From Mobula birostris (Eukaryota), in assembly GCF_030028105.1 (NCBI RefSeq), contig NC_092383.1, positions 87,315,921 to 87,379,920 on the forward strand: a stretch of DNA of 64,000 bases. The letters run 5' to 3'. Shown here one piece after another: positions 12,854-25,971 of this stretch. A model generated the notes under the pieces. It was not told the DNA's origin. It saw nothing but the letters and a program-made list of their open reading frames with translations, and ran no database searches. The translations under genes and the position numbers were made by a program. Every line of letters begins with the position of its first letter. Within the stretch, counting starts at the first letter, position 1.

Positions 12854-14016
12854 CACGGGTCCCCAACCTTTCTGGCAACACGGACCAGTTTATTATTGAT
12901 AATATTCCTGCGGACCGGCCGACCCGGGATGGGGGGGGGGAACGGGTAAGGTTGCCAATGGACAAGACAAATACGTTGTGTTTCCCGCAAAGACTACAAT
13001 GACCATAAAGCCTTGCACGGGCACCAGTGCGCATGCGTGTACGTGCCGATTTTTTTCTACAAATCATTTTTGGCGATTCTGTTCGGTGGGGGTGGTGTTA
13101 ATCACGAACCGGAATATAGGTAATAAGTGGCTAATACACTCAATTTCGTTTCTAAAAAGGTTTATCTGACGAATTTAATATTAAACACACAGCGCATATT
13201 TTCCTCGCATGAATATAGTGATAAGTCAAATATCAGGGGAGGACAGGGGAGCTTGAAGTAAGTGCTGAACGAAATTCCAGTAGAAATTGTAGTGGCAGGT
13301 TTGATATTATCATTTAAAGAAAAATTGGATACGCATATGAACAGGAAAGGAATGGAAGGTTATGTGCTCAGTGCAGGTTGGTGGGACTAGGTGAGAGTAG
13401 CGTTCGGCTGTTTCCGTGCTGTAATTGTTATATGGTTATATAACTCACTTATAAGTCAATAGCATCATAACATTTTAAGTAACGTTTGGATATTAAACAC
13501 ACAGCACATATTTTCTCCGTATGAACATATAAAATCATTGCAACACACCAATATCGCTGAATCAGTGGGAGCCCTGGGCTTGTTTTCCTGCAACAAGACG
13601 GTCCTATTGAGGGGTGATGGGAGACAGCGATACTCGAAGGGGGTTCCTTATGTCCAGTCTATTCCGCAATTTAGTTTTCGTTGCATTCATTGCAGAGATA
13701 TGTTGGAAATGGAAGCAACGTTTTCAGTACTTTCGTGGCTATCTCAGGATATTTAGCCTTGACTTTGATCTAGAATGCCAGCAGAGATGTTATGTCAAAC
13801 ATACTTTTCAGCCCGTCGTCATTTGCAAGCTCGAGGAGTTGATCTCCTTCCCGCTCTGACATGGATGACGCGTGGGTAATGACCTCACGTGTGTTCAAGC
13901 TCAATAGTGCGTGACAGGGAATGAAGAAAGGTGCAGCTGACTCATATCGCCAAACCATATCGTTTCCTCGTGGCCCCGTAGCACATGCTTCGTGGCCCAG
14001 TGGTTGGGGACTGCTG
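12854..14016. mobile_element. Non-autonomous hAT (Charlie/Buster-type) DNA transposon
   Basis: TIRs CACGGGTCCCCAACC / GGTTGGGGACTGCTG; 8-bp TSD TCATAGAA / CCATAGAA with central TA. Absent from the paralogous intron blocks near 21570 and 25510. Confidence 0.85.
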
Positions 14017-14221
14017 CCATAGAATCACTTCACTAAGTTATCCACCACTGATCTTGTACTCACCTGCCAGGAATGGGACTGGATCAGTAACCTATTGACT
14101 CAGAAATCTGGGCAGTGACAATGATGACTCCAATGAAATAAAAATCATTACTTGTGAAGAGCTGTGAGCACGTGATGAGGGACGATGCTGTTGTCTTCTC
14201 AGTCTATGTGGAATTCAATCA

Positions 14222-15003
14222 CAGTCGGCCCTCCTTATCTGCGGGGGATTGGTTCAGAGACCCCGCGCGGATACCAAAAAATGTGGATGCTCAAGTCCCT
14301 TACTTAACCTGTCGCAGTGCGGGTGGACTTTAGGACCCAGGGCAGCACAGGATCCGCCGCCTTCAGTGTTTCTATTCCGTTGACTTATAATACCGAATAC
14401 AACGTAAATGCTATGTAAATAGTTGTATTACTGTATTGTTTAGGGAATAATGACAAGAAAAAAAGTCTCTGCATGTTCAGTACAGACGCAACCATCGTAG
14501 CTCTTCTGGGAACACTGATGCTGCCTCGGCATCAGCCGATCCCGATTCTCCCGTGATCTTTAAGTTCTTGAGTCTGTAGCACTTTACATAGCCAGCCAGC
14601 CATCCCTAGCACTAACACTTCCACCAATTTCAGCTTCTTTCTGCTTTATTGTGCGAATGCTCGATTCGTTCTTACCGACCTTATGGCCCACTTCGGAATG
14701 AAACATGCCACTTTTCAAAGGATCTAATATTTCTAATTTCTCAGCGAGAGAGAGCACTTTACGCTCCCTCTTAGCCTTTGAGGAATTGCTTTGACCACGT
14801 AATTGCTTTATAGAATATAGAACATAGAATCGTACAGCACTATTTAGGAGACAATTTTTCACAGAAACAAAGTAGCGAATGAACAAGACATGAGGCGAAC
14901 AATGCTCGAACAACGTGTGCTGGAGAGAGAACTTCCGGGTTTTCCCAATTTGCGGTTGGTTGAGTTCGCGCATGCGGAACTGGCAGATAAGGAAGGCCGA
15001 TTG
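14222..15003 (-). mobile_element. Tigger/pogo deletion derivative with a CENP-B-type HTH remnant
   Basis: TIRs CAGTCGGCCCTCCTTATC / GATAAGGAAGGCCGATTG followed by TA. Minus-strand ORF contains AKRERKVLSLAEKLEILD...VGKNESSIRTIKQKEAEI. Confidence 0.88.
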
Positions 15004-16972
15004 TATACCAATTGATCACGCGGGTAGACTCCATAGTTCACAACAACAGCTTTAAATCAAAACAGACTGTGTTCACCTCTCCTAGGGCAGGCTATCCCAA
15101 TTCCCATCCCTGCTTCATGGATCATTCACTCCCTCCCCAACCTCGAACAGTCTCTCTCTGTCCCCGTCAATGTGCTCGTAATCAACCCTCAGCACCCAGT
15201 GACCATCCACTTCCCGGCAGCCAGCCTCTCCATCTGGCCCATTCCTGGTGAGAAATTGAGCATGGAATTAGAGAGAACTTGGGACACAGCCCACACAAGA
15301 ATAGACTCTTTGGCCCACCATGTCTGAATTGACCATGATGTCATTCTATGCTAATTCCATCATATTGCATATGGTCCATATCTCTCCAATTGCTCCCTTT
15401 TCATGTCCTCGTCCAAAAACCTCTTAAATATTGTTATGATATCCCTTTCCACCAGCGGGTCTGACTGTGTGTTCCAACATTTCTGACCCTTCGAGCCATG
15501 CTGCCCAAGAATCCCCAAATTAAATCCTTGCCTAATCACAGGACAACTTGCAATTACCATTTAACCTATCAATCAGTGTGTCTTTGGAATGTGGGAGGAA
15601 ACTGGAGCACCTGGAGGAACTGGAAGAAACCCACACAGTCAAAGGGAGAATGTAAAAACTCCTTACAGACAGCGGTGAGAATTGAACCCGGGTCACTGGT
15701 ATGATAAAGTGTTGTGCTAAACAGTACACTACTATGGGGCCACTGCTGGTGAACCTCTTTACCCTCTCCTAAACCTCAACATCCTTTCTATAGTGTTACA
15801 ACCAGAACTACATATTGTTGCAAATGTCCTATCCAAATTTTTATGAAGCTACAAAATGCCTTGTTGGCTTTAGTCTCCAACATGTAGAATGAAGAAGGCA
15901 AAGGTGCTGAATGCTTTCATTACCATTATGTCCACTTGTGTTGACACTTTCAAGGAGCAATGGACTTGAACCCCAAGAACTCTCTGTACATCAATTCTAA
16001 AGGGATCCAGATATTAAATTCTAGGTGAAGTCAAACTTCCCTGGTGTATGAGGAGCATTTGAAAGCTCTGTAGAAGAATGAGGAAGGATTTCATTGAATG
16101 CTATTAGGCATTGACAAGGCCAGTGGATGTGGAGAGGATGTTTCCTACAGAGTGGACCTCTAGGACTAGAAGTATAGACTCAGAATAGAAGAACATCCCT
16201 TTAAAAGAGAGATGAAGAGGAATTTCTTTAGCCAGAGGCTGGTGAATCTGTGGAATTCATTGTCAAAGGCAGGTGTGGAGGTCAAATAATTGGGTATATT
16301 TAAAGCAGAGTTCTTGATAAAGTAGGTTCTTGATTAGTAAGGAAATCAAAGATTCCAGAGAGAAGGCAGGAAAATAGATTAAGAGGGATAATAAATCAGC
16401 CATGACTGGATGGTGGAGCAGACTCAATGGGCTGAATGGCCTAATTCTGCTCCTATATCTTCTGGTCTATGGTCTATGATCTTCCTGGTTCTCCAGTCTC
16501 AAATAATTCCTTGTTGGCTTCATATAGATCTCAAAACTAATGGGTTTCCTTCCTGCTACAGGTCACTGAAACCAATCACAATTATACTCTCCCTCAACTC
16601 ACCATTCATTTTGTATGTATCTGACAATTTCCTGCTTTCACATTATGGAGAGATTTCCAGGTCACACACAATTGCTTCCATCAAAAAGTCATACTGTTAG
16701 GTGCCAATTTAGACTGTCTCCTTGTTACTGAGCGAGATTATAACTCTGATTATCATTCTGACAGATGCTCAGTACAATCACTGCTGTCCTGAAGTGGGAG
16801 TCCTGTTGAGTTCTGGGATACTGGAAGACATGGAAATTCAGGCAGCTGTGAGAATACAGACACACAGAGAGGTAGCTGAGCTCTTAAGACTGGTGGGTCT
16901 GGGTTGAGATACAGAACTGCTAAAATCGTTATTGTCTTTGGTTTTCAGATATTCACTGATCCTTTCCCACAG

Positions 16973-17293
16973 AACCTGTATCTGTTCCTGTGCTTCGATA
17001 TCTGTCACCAACAAATGTCTCACATCTCGGGGGCTCAGTGTCAGTTTCCTGTGAGTCTCTCCAGGGATCCCTTCCCATTCAGTACTCATGGTATGAACAA
17101 ACCTCAACTGAGCATCCAAAGATCTCAGATACCAATGAACTGGCTCTACATTGTCAATCCCTCAACCGGCAGCATCATCAATATTACTGCAGTGCCTCGA
17201 ATTGGCTTGGAACAAGATCCAGTGCAATGGTTAATGTGACAGTCTTCAAAAATGGAGAGATCTGCACTTGCATGACAGAAATCAATTGCACCA
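16973..17293 (+). CDS. Exon C2b: intact FCRL-like C2 Ig domain plus a Cys-containing extension
   Basis: tttcccacag|AA CCT GTA TCT...TGC ACC A|gtaagt; 321 nt, open frame. EPVSVPVLRYLSP...SVSCESLQGSLPIQYSWYE...YYCSASNWLGTRSSAMVNVTV resembles the FCRL pattern PVSRPVL...CEALRGSPPILY...YSCEANNGLG. Confidence 0.9.
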
Positions 17294-17589
17294 GTAAGTT
17301 CTAATTTTAAGGGAAGTTACATTTCAATAATTCTTTTTGTTACTCGATTACTGCTGTTCTTAAATTTCCAGTGACAGTAAGGAATTTCTTTGCATTTTTA
17401 AATGATACACATTGCAGCCTTCATGGGGTAGAAATAAAGTGGAGTGAACAGTTAAGTCTGGCATTTCTTCTTGGAAGATTTTAAGCATCTCAAACATAGT
17501 TGGACTTGAACATCCAGACAAATTGAGAGTATTCCATTCATACTTCTGCCTTCTGCATTGAGGATGCTAGAATGGGTGTTGAGTTGTGA

Positions 17590-19430
17590 GACAGTGACAC
17601 TGCCATAAAAACAAAAGGAAGGATATATAATGTAACGAAAATTATTGGGAAATCAGAGAATTGGTAAGTATTAAAAAACCAACAGAAGGAACTGAGAAAA
17701 GCTGTCAGGAGAGAAAAGATGAAATATAGAGGGAAATTAACCAATAATATAAAAGAGGATTCCAAAAGAGTTTCAGATACATAAAGTGTAAAAGAGAAGC
17801 AAGAGTGGATATCAGACCACTGGATAATGATGCTGGGGAGGTTATAATGAGGGACAAAGAAATGGAGGACCAACCTATTAAGTACTTTGCTCATTTCACA
17901 CTGAGGAAGGTACAAAGAGTGTGACAGAAATTCGACAATGTCACAAGGCAGCAGTGAATGTAGATGCTATTACTAACGAGGAGGAGCTTGGGAAGCTGAA
18001 AGATCTGAAGGTAAAGTCATCTGGGTCAGATAAATTACAGCCAGGGTTTTGAAAGAGGGAGCTGAAGAAATTGTGGCAGCATTAGGTGTGATCTGTAAAG
18101 AATAACCAGATTCTGGATTGCTTCTGTGTGACTGGAAAACTGGAAATGTCGCTCCACTCTGTAAGAGATGGAAGCAAACGAAGGGAATTATAGACCAGTT
18201 CGCCTGCCTTCAGTGGTTGGGAAGATGTTCGAGTCCATTATTAAGGATGAGTTTTTGGGGTACATGGAGGCGCATGATAAAGTATGGTTTCCTTATGAGG
18301 AAATATTGCCTGAAAAATCTGTTGGAATTCTTTGATGAAATTACCAGTGGAATGCACAAAGGAGAGTCAGTGGATATTGCTTACTTGTATTTTTTGAAGG
18401 CCTTTGACAAATTGCCACATATGAGGCTGCATGCACTTTGGTAGAAGGAATAAAAGTGTAGACTTTTGAAACAGGGAGAAAATTCAGAAATCTGTACTGC
18501 AAAGGGACTTAGCAGTCCTTGTGCAGGATTGCTTAAATGTTAACGTGCAGCTGGAGTCGGCGGTAGGGAAGGCACATGCAATGTTAGCATTCATTTTGAT
18601 AGGATTAGAATATAACAACAAGGATGTAATGCTGAGGATTTCTTAGGCTTTGGTCAAACCACACTTGAAGTATTGTGAGAAATTCTGGACCTTTTCTCTC
18701 AAAGAAGATGTGTTGCCACTGGAGATCTTTCATAGGAGGTTCACGAGAATGATTCCATGTATGAAAGGGATAATGCATGAGGAGCATTTAGTGGTTCTGG
18801 GCCTTTACTCGCTGGAGTTTAGGAGAAGGAGTCAATCTCAATGAAACCTATCAAATATTGAAAGGGTTGGATAAATGTGGAGAGGATGTTTTCTATAGTG
18901 GGGGGAGTGCAGCACAAGGGCACATCCTCAGAACGCAAGGATGTCCCTTTATTTTGTTTATTTACCGATAGAGTACAGAGTAGGCCCTTCCAGCCCTTCC
19001 AGCAACACCGGCCCAGCGACCCTCAACAAAGCCAGTTAACTCTAACCTAATCACAGGACAATCTACAATGACCAATTAACCTTCCTGGTGTGTCTTTGGA
19101 CTGTGGGAGGAAACAGGGCAACCCAGAGAAACCCCACGGACTCCACATGGAGAATGTACAGACTCCACACATTAGAACAGAGATGAGGAGGATTTTGTTT
19201 TGCCAGAGGATGTTAATCTGTGGAATTCAATACCATAGACAGCTTTTGAGGCCATGTCAGCTGGTTTATTTAAAGCAAGGCTTAATAGTTTCTTGTTTAG
19301 TAAAGGCATCAAAGATTATGGGGAGAAAGCAGGATAATGGGATTGAGAGAGATAATAAATCAGCCATGAAGGAACGGTAGAGCTGACTGTATCGGTCGAA
19401 TGGTCCAATTCTGCTCTAATGTCTTATGCC
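17590..19430 (+). mobile_element. Degenerate CR1 LINE with an internal SINE (about 18960-19170)
   Basis: YFLKAFDKLPHMRL and VKPHLKYCEKFW motifs plus a CR1 3' tail. The 5' part is shared with 24430-24760, so it predates the module duplication. Confidence 0.8.
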
Positions 19431-20089
19431 TTCAATTTCTTATGGTCATCACTTCCTTTCAAACTTCTTGAAAAGCCCAGGTAAATTATTGAGTGCTGAA
19501 ACTGAGTTTCAGGTTGCTGACTAAAATATCTCACTCACTTTGAGGTATGAAAAGGGAACCTATACCTTCTATTTGGATCTATGAACTGATATGAACAAAG
19601 CTGTTGCATTTCATGATTATGAAGAGGATAATAAATCTTCAAAACACGTAAAAAAACTGCAGGGATACCATTCGTAGGCAAGGAACAGGCCAGTGTTCAG
19701 CTTACTGCTCCACAGTGTTTACTCGCCTGTGCTGAACTGAGGCTGTGGCCTGGAATTAATGGGCTCCTGAATCATCTGCAGTGATGACTAGCTTAATGGC
19801 GGTGATTCACTTTTGTGAATTTCAGTTCCGAATGTTATTCATTGTTTGCATGATTTGTTTTTTATTCTGCACATTGGGTGTTTGATGGTCTTCCTATTTA
19901 ATGGGTTCCATTGGGTTTCTTTGTTTTGTGGCTGTCTGCATTAGTTGTATATAGTACACATACTTTGATAATAAATGTATTTTGAACTTTGAAATTGAAG
20001 TGTAATCTAATTGGCTGTGATTCCATAAGCTGGCACATGTATGCAATAAAACAAAATTCTGAATTTAACCTTTCAAAAGTGTGGTCCAG

Positions 20090-20780
20090 TTTAGAGAGGA
20101 TGTTGCCTAGTCATAGAGTTATAGATTATGGAAACAGATGCTTCAGGCCAAGGTCACAGTGTCTTCCTGAGCTTCTCTCATTTCCCTGCATTTGGCCTGT
20201 ATCCTTCTAAAGCTGTCCTGTACGTGAACTTGTCCAAATGTATTTTAAATAGTGTATTTGTACCCACCTCTAACTCTTCCTTTGACAGCCTTTTCCATGT
20301 ACACACTGCTCTGTGTAGAAAACACTGATCCTCTAGGCCCTCCAAGACTTGTCCCTCTCACTTTCCATCCAGGTTCTCTAATTTTTGACGTCCCTACCCT
20401 GGGATAAATACCGTGATTATCCACCATACATTTGTCCTTCTTAATTTGTAAACCTCAATAAGGTCACCACTCAGCTACACTCACTTCAGGAAAAACAGTC
20501 TCAGCCTATCCATAACCCAAATCCTCCAGATCCAGCAGCATCTTTGTGAATGTTTCCTGTATTCTCTAATTTAATCATACCTTTCTCCTGAATGACACAG
20601 AGTAGTTGAGGTGAGGTCTTGTCTTAATACCCAATCTAATGAAGGCAACCATGTCATATGCCTTGTTCACTACTTTGTCCACCTGTGTTGCCATTTACAG
20701 GGACCAATGTAGTTGCACACCTAGTTCTCTACTGTCTAAGTTGTGTTCTTGTTTAATCTCCTAAAATGCATCACTTCTCT
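20090..20780 (-). mobile_element. CR1 3' fragment
   Basis: Reverse-strand CR1 3' UTR (CATAGAG/ATAGA tail) and RT C-terminal remnants; a similar fragment lies at 24770-25260. Confidence 0.6.
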
Positions 20781-22038
20781 CTGTCTGAGTTCCATTCCAT
20801 CAGCTGTTGCATTGGCTACTTTCCTTGTCCAATGTTCAAAGTATGTGTTCCATAAACAACCTGCAGACTCATCTCCTTGCAGATGTCCGCAAAACAAAGT
20901 AACACAATAGAATCCATGATAAGCCGCAGGCAACAAAGATTCACGAACATCCAATGAGCAAAAGAGGAGGCTTTGTGCAAATTATAAAAATACGTTAACA
21001 AATAACACATAGAAGGTGAACTGCAGAGTCCCCGAAAGTGAGATCACAGTTGAGGAGTCAGTTCAGCAGTGAGCCGAGCGAAGCCAATCCAGCAGCCGAC
21101 GACATGGGACCCAGGACTCCTGCGCCTTCTGCCTGATGGTAGTAGCAAGAAGAGAGGGAGGTGGATGAACTATCCTTCCAAATTATCAATATAGGTAAGA
21201 AATGACAGTGGTTAACCAACAGCAGCATTGATCCCGATGACACATCACTGGTGATAAAATCTGATGTTGTCAGAAAACCAACACTCCACGACCACAATCT
21301 GACTCCTTCCACCAAGTTGATTCAGTATCTATCCAGCTGGTTAACCATGTGACCTCACATTACAGATCAGTCTACAATGTGAGATCTTGTCTCAGTACTT
21401 GCTAAACTCCATGTGACAAATGCTACTGCCCTGTCTTCATCAATCCCTTTGGTCATCTCTTCAATAAAACTCAGTCGTATTGTTTGAAAGACAATTTCCC
21501 ATGCACAAAATCATGTTCACCATCCCAAATCAGATCTTGGCTTTGTAAAATCAAGGTAGATTCTGTCTCACACAATTGCCTCCAGTAAGTTACCCATTAC
21601 TGACCTTATGCTCACCTGCCTGGAATGGGACTGGATCAGTAATCTATTTACTCACAAATGTGGAAACACACTGAAACATTAGTGGGCAGTAACAATGATG
21701 ACTCCAATCAAATAAAAATCATTACTTGTGAAGAGCTGTGAGCATATGATGAGGGACGATGCTGTTGTCTTCCCAGTCAATGTGGAATTCAATTATACCA
21801 GTTGTCAGTGTGGGCAGATTCTTTAGAACACAGCAACAACTTTAAATAAAACATCTTTTTTATTATGATTGTGTCCTTTTACTTTTGTGTTGTTTTTCTG
21901 CATCAGATACAGAGTAGCAATTATTTCATTATCCTTCACAACGGTGTACAGCAATCAACATGAAACAATCTAGAATCTTGAATCTTCTTGTGTAAATTTG
22001 ATTTTACCTGTCCATTTTCTGAAGATTTTCTCCCTCAG

Positions 22039-22356
22039 TTTCAGGTGCTTTATGGGCAGAAGATAAAGTAAGAGGAGTTGTGGGAAGAGCGATCACAATC
22101 GATTGACACTATGCACCAATGTACCGTTCACACACAAAGTATTTGTGCCGCATGTGGGATCGCCAATGCACGTCGTCAGTGAATACAAATGGGACAAATG
22201 AGCAGTATGGAAGAATGACAATCAGAGATAACACATCCCAGGGAATATTTACTGTTACTATGGAGAATCTTGTCTCTAATGATACAGGACATTACAGATG
22301 TGGAGTTACATCTGGCAATCATCCAGTGTTTGATGTGTATTTACAAGTATCTGATG
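22039..22356 (+). pseudogene. Pseudo-exon V2 (CD300-type V domain) with the B-strand Cys codon changed to TGA
   Basis: ctccctcag|TT TCA GGT GCT...GAT G|gtaggt; 318 nt. ATC GAT TGA at 22104-22106 where V1 and V3 have GAT TGT. The rest of the frame is open (DTGHYRCG); the conserved Trp of KYWC reads KYLC. Confidence 0.9.
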
Positions 22357-23832
22357 GTAGGTTTCTCATTGATTGACTTGACGTCTCCACCAAAATGTCT
22401 GATCAGTATTTTCTCCTGGAAGAGTCAGGGGAGCACCACTATTTTGAAGCTCTGTTGCAGTGCGAAGCTCTGTTGCAGTGCAGAGCCCTGCGGTGAGTGT
22501 GCAGGATTCGGGAAAACCCACTCACATTGCTCTCACCCAGGTTGGGGTCTAACCCACCGATGGGACACCGGTCTCCAATGGGAGGCTCAGCACATTTTCC
22601 TACACTAACACTGTTTGAAATGTCGACTTCTCAGGGGATTGCATTCAGACAAGTACTAATAATATGCTACTAACAGGCCAATGAGAAACAAGAGTAACTC
22701 ATAGTCTAAACACTTTGAAAATCATAAAAAGGGAATCAGATCCAAGATCAAAACAAACTGTGTTCAGTTCTCATAGGCTATCCCACTTCCCATCCACACT
22801 TCATAGATCAGTCACTCCATCCACACCCCGTGCTCTTTCTTGCTGTCCCTGTCGATGTGTTCCGATACTCCACCCCACAGCACCCACTTACCATTCACTT
22901 CACAGTAGCCAGATTCTCCATCTGGCCCATTCCTGGTGGGAAATAGAGCAATGGATTTTGAGAGAACCTGGGACCCAGTCCAGCACAAGAATAGACTCTT
23001 TGGCCTATCATGTGTTCACTGACCATGATATTCTAAGCTAATTCCACTTTCCTGCATATGGTCCATATCCCTCCATTCCCTCCCTTTTCATGTCCTCATC
23101 CAAAAGCCTCTTAAATATTGTTATAATATCCCTTTCCCTAACTGATCTGATTGTTTTCTCCCTGCAGTCACCACCCTGGGTGTAAAGAATCTTGTCTCAC
23201 GAAGTCCTTTAAACTTTCCCCCTATCACCTTAAAAATATGCTCACTATTAAGAAGGGTAATAAATCTGCTGTGTTTGAATGGTGGAGAAGATTCGATGGA
23301 CTGAATGGCCTCATTCTGCTCCTATGTCTGATGGTCTTATGGTCTATGGTCTTTCTGGTTCTCCAGTCTCACATGATTCCTTGTTGGCTTCATACAGATA
23401 ACAAAATGAATGGGTTCCCTTCCTGCTGCAGGTCACTGAAACAATCACAATTATACTCTCTCCCTAAAGTCACCATTTTGTCTGTATCTGACAATTTCCT
23501 GCTTTCACATTATGGAGAGTTTTCCAGGACACTCACAAATGCTTCCATTAAAAAATCATACTGTTAGGTGTCTCCTTGCTGCTGAGAGAGATTGTAATTC
23601 TGATGTTCACTCTGACACGTACTCAGTTTAATCACTGCTGTCCTGATCTGGAGACCTGCTGAGTTCTGGAATACTGGCAGACATGGAAACTCAGGCAGCT
23701 GTGAGAATACAGTGACACAGAGAGGTAGATGAGCTTCTGAAATTCTAAACTGGTGGGTCTTGGTTGAGATACAGATCTGATGAAATCTTTAGTGTTTTTG
23801 ATTTTCTGATGTTCACTGATTCTTTTTCACAG

Positions 23833-24153
23833 AACCTGTGTCTGTTCCTGTGCTTCGATATCTGTCACCAGCAAATGCCTCCCGTCTCGGGGGCTCAGGG
23901 TCAGTTTCCTGTGAGTATCTCTGGGGATCCCTTCCCATCCAGTACAGATGGTATGAAATAACCTCATCTGGGCATCCACAGATCACAGATACCAATGAAC
24001 TGGCTCTACGTTGTCAATCCTTGGACCACCAGCACCATCAATATTACTGCAGTGCCTCGAATAAATTTGGAGAAGAAATCAGTGGAACAGTTAAAATGAC
24101 AATCTTCAGCAATGGAGAGATCTGCAGTTATGTGACAGAAATTAATGGCACCA
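23833..24153 (+). CDS. Exon C2c: intact FCRL-like C2 Ig domain plus a Cys-containing extension
   Basis: tttttcacag|AA CCT GTG TCT...GGC ACC A|gtaagt; 321 nt, open frame with SVSCEY...QYRWYE...YYCSASN. Confidence 0.9.
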
Positions 24154-25971
24154 GTAAGTTCTAATTTCAAGGGTGGATACATTTCAATATTCTTTTTTGT
24201 TCCTCTGTTACTGCTGTTCTTATACTTCTAGTGAGGGTAAGGAATTTCTTTCCATTTATAGAAGCTACACATTGCAACCAAAATGGGGTAGTTCTTCCTC
24301 CTGGAAAACATGGAGCATCTCAAACATAGTTGGACTTGCACATCCTGACAAATTGAAAACATTCCCTTTATACTTCTGGTTTCTGCATTGAAGATGCTGG
24401 AATGGGTGTTGAGTTGTGAGACAGTGACATTCATAAAAACAAAAGGAAGGACATAAAATATAGCAAAAATTATTGGGAATTTAGAGAATTGGAAACTTTT
24501 GAAAACCAACAGAAGGCACCAAAAAACATTATAAGGAGAGAAAAGATGAAATATAAAGGGAAACTAGCCAAAAATATGAGGATTCCAAAAGAGTTTCAGA
24601 TGCATGAAGAGTAAAACAGAAGCAAAGGTGGATATCAGACCACTGGATAATGATGCTGGAGAGGTTGTAATGAGGGACAAAGAAATGGAGAACCAAACTA
24701 ATAAGTATTTTGCATAATTTGAGACTGAGGAAGGCACAAGCATGATGACAAAAATGGGACTTTCCACTCTGACTATCAGTCTAGGCCCTCTAGTTTTCTA
24801 CTCCCCTACTCTGGGATAAAGACTATGATTATCCACAATACTTTGGCCCTTTTTATTTGAAACCTCTATAAGGTCACCCCTCAGCTGCATTCACTTCAGG
24901 GAAAACAGTCCCAGCCTATTGATAACCCAAACCCTTCAGTCCCAGCAGCATCTTTGTGAATGTTTTCTGTATCTTCGCTAATTAATCACATTCTTCCTCT
25001 GGAACTGCACAGAGTAGTTCAGATGAGATCTTATCAATGTCCTTTATAGCTGTAACATGCCATCCCAGCTGTACTTAATGCCCCATCCAATGAAGGCAAG
25101 CATAGCATTTGCCTTGTTCCCCATTTTGTCCACCTGTGTTGCCATTTTCAGGGATCTATGTAGTTGCGCACCTGGTTCTTCGCTGTGTAAGTTGTGCCCT
25201 TGTTTAATCCCCCAACATGCATGGCCTCACACTGCCTGAGTTCAATTCCATCAGCTGTTCCACTGGCCACTTTCCTACCTCAAAGTTCAAAGCCTACCGC
25301 ATTACAGATCAGTCTCCTATGTGAGATCTTGTCTCAGCACTTGCTAAATTTCATGTGCCAAACATGACTGCCTTGCCCTCATCAATCCCTTTGGTCATCT
25401 CTTCAATAAAACTCAGTCGTATTTTTTGAAAGACAATTTCCCATGCACAAAATCATGTTCACCATCCCAAATCAGATCTTGCATTTGTAAAATCAAGGTA
25501 GGTTCTGTCTCAGACAATTGCCTCCAGTAAGTTACCCATTACTGACCTGATGCTCACCTGCCTGGAATGGGACTGGATCAGTAATCTATTGACTCAGAAA
25601 TGTGGAAGCACACCGAGACATTAGTGGGCAGTGACAATGATGACTCCAATCAAATAAAAATCATTACATGTGAAGAGCTGTGAGCACGTGATGAGGGATG
25701 ATAGTGTTGTCTTTGTGGAATTTAATCACACCAATCGACAGTGTGGCAGATTGTTTAAAACATAGCAACAGCTTTTCATAAAACATCTTTTTTATTATCA
25801 TTGTGTTTTTTATCTTTTGTATTTTTTTTCTAAGTCAGATGCAGAGTAACAATGATTTTCATTATCCTTTACAACTGCGTACAGGAACTAACACTAAACA
25901 ACGTAGGATCTTCAATTCACTTGTGTAAATTTGGTTTTACCTGTCCATTTTCTGAGAAACTTCTCCCTCAG

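Noticed and set aside
22447-22482. 18-bp direct duplication GAAGCTCTGTTGCAGTGC x2
   Set aside because: A simple local slippage duplication in an intron with no further structure.
25586-25685. Conserved block in each pre-V intron (ctcag|AAATGTGG...TGTGAAGAGCT|gtgagc) as a cryptic linker exon
   Set aside because: It ends in phase 2, incompatible with the phase-1 V acceptor. The AG is lost in the 21650 copy and the 14100 copy has an internal deletion. Conservation is explained by recent duplication.
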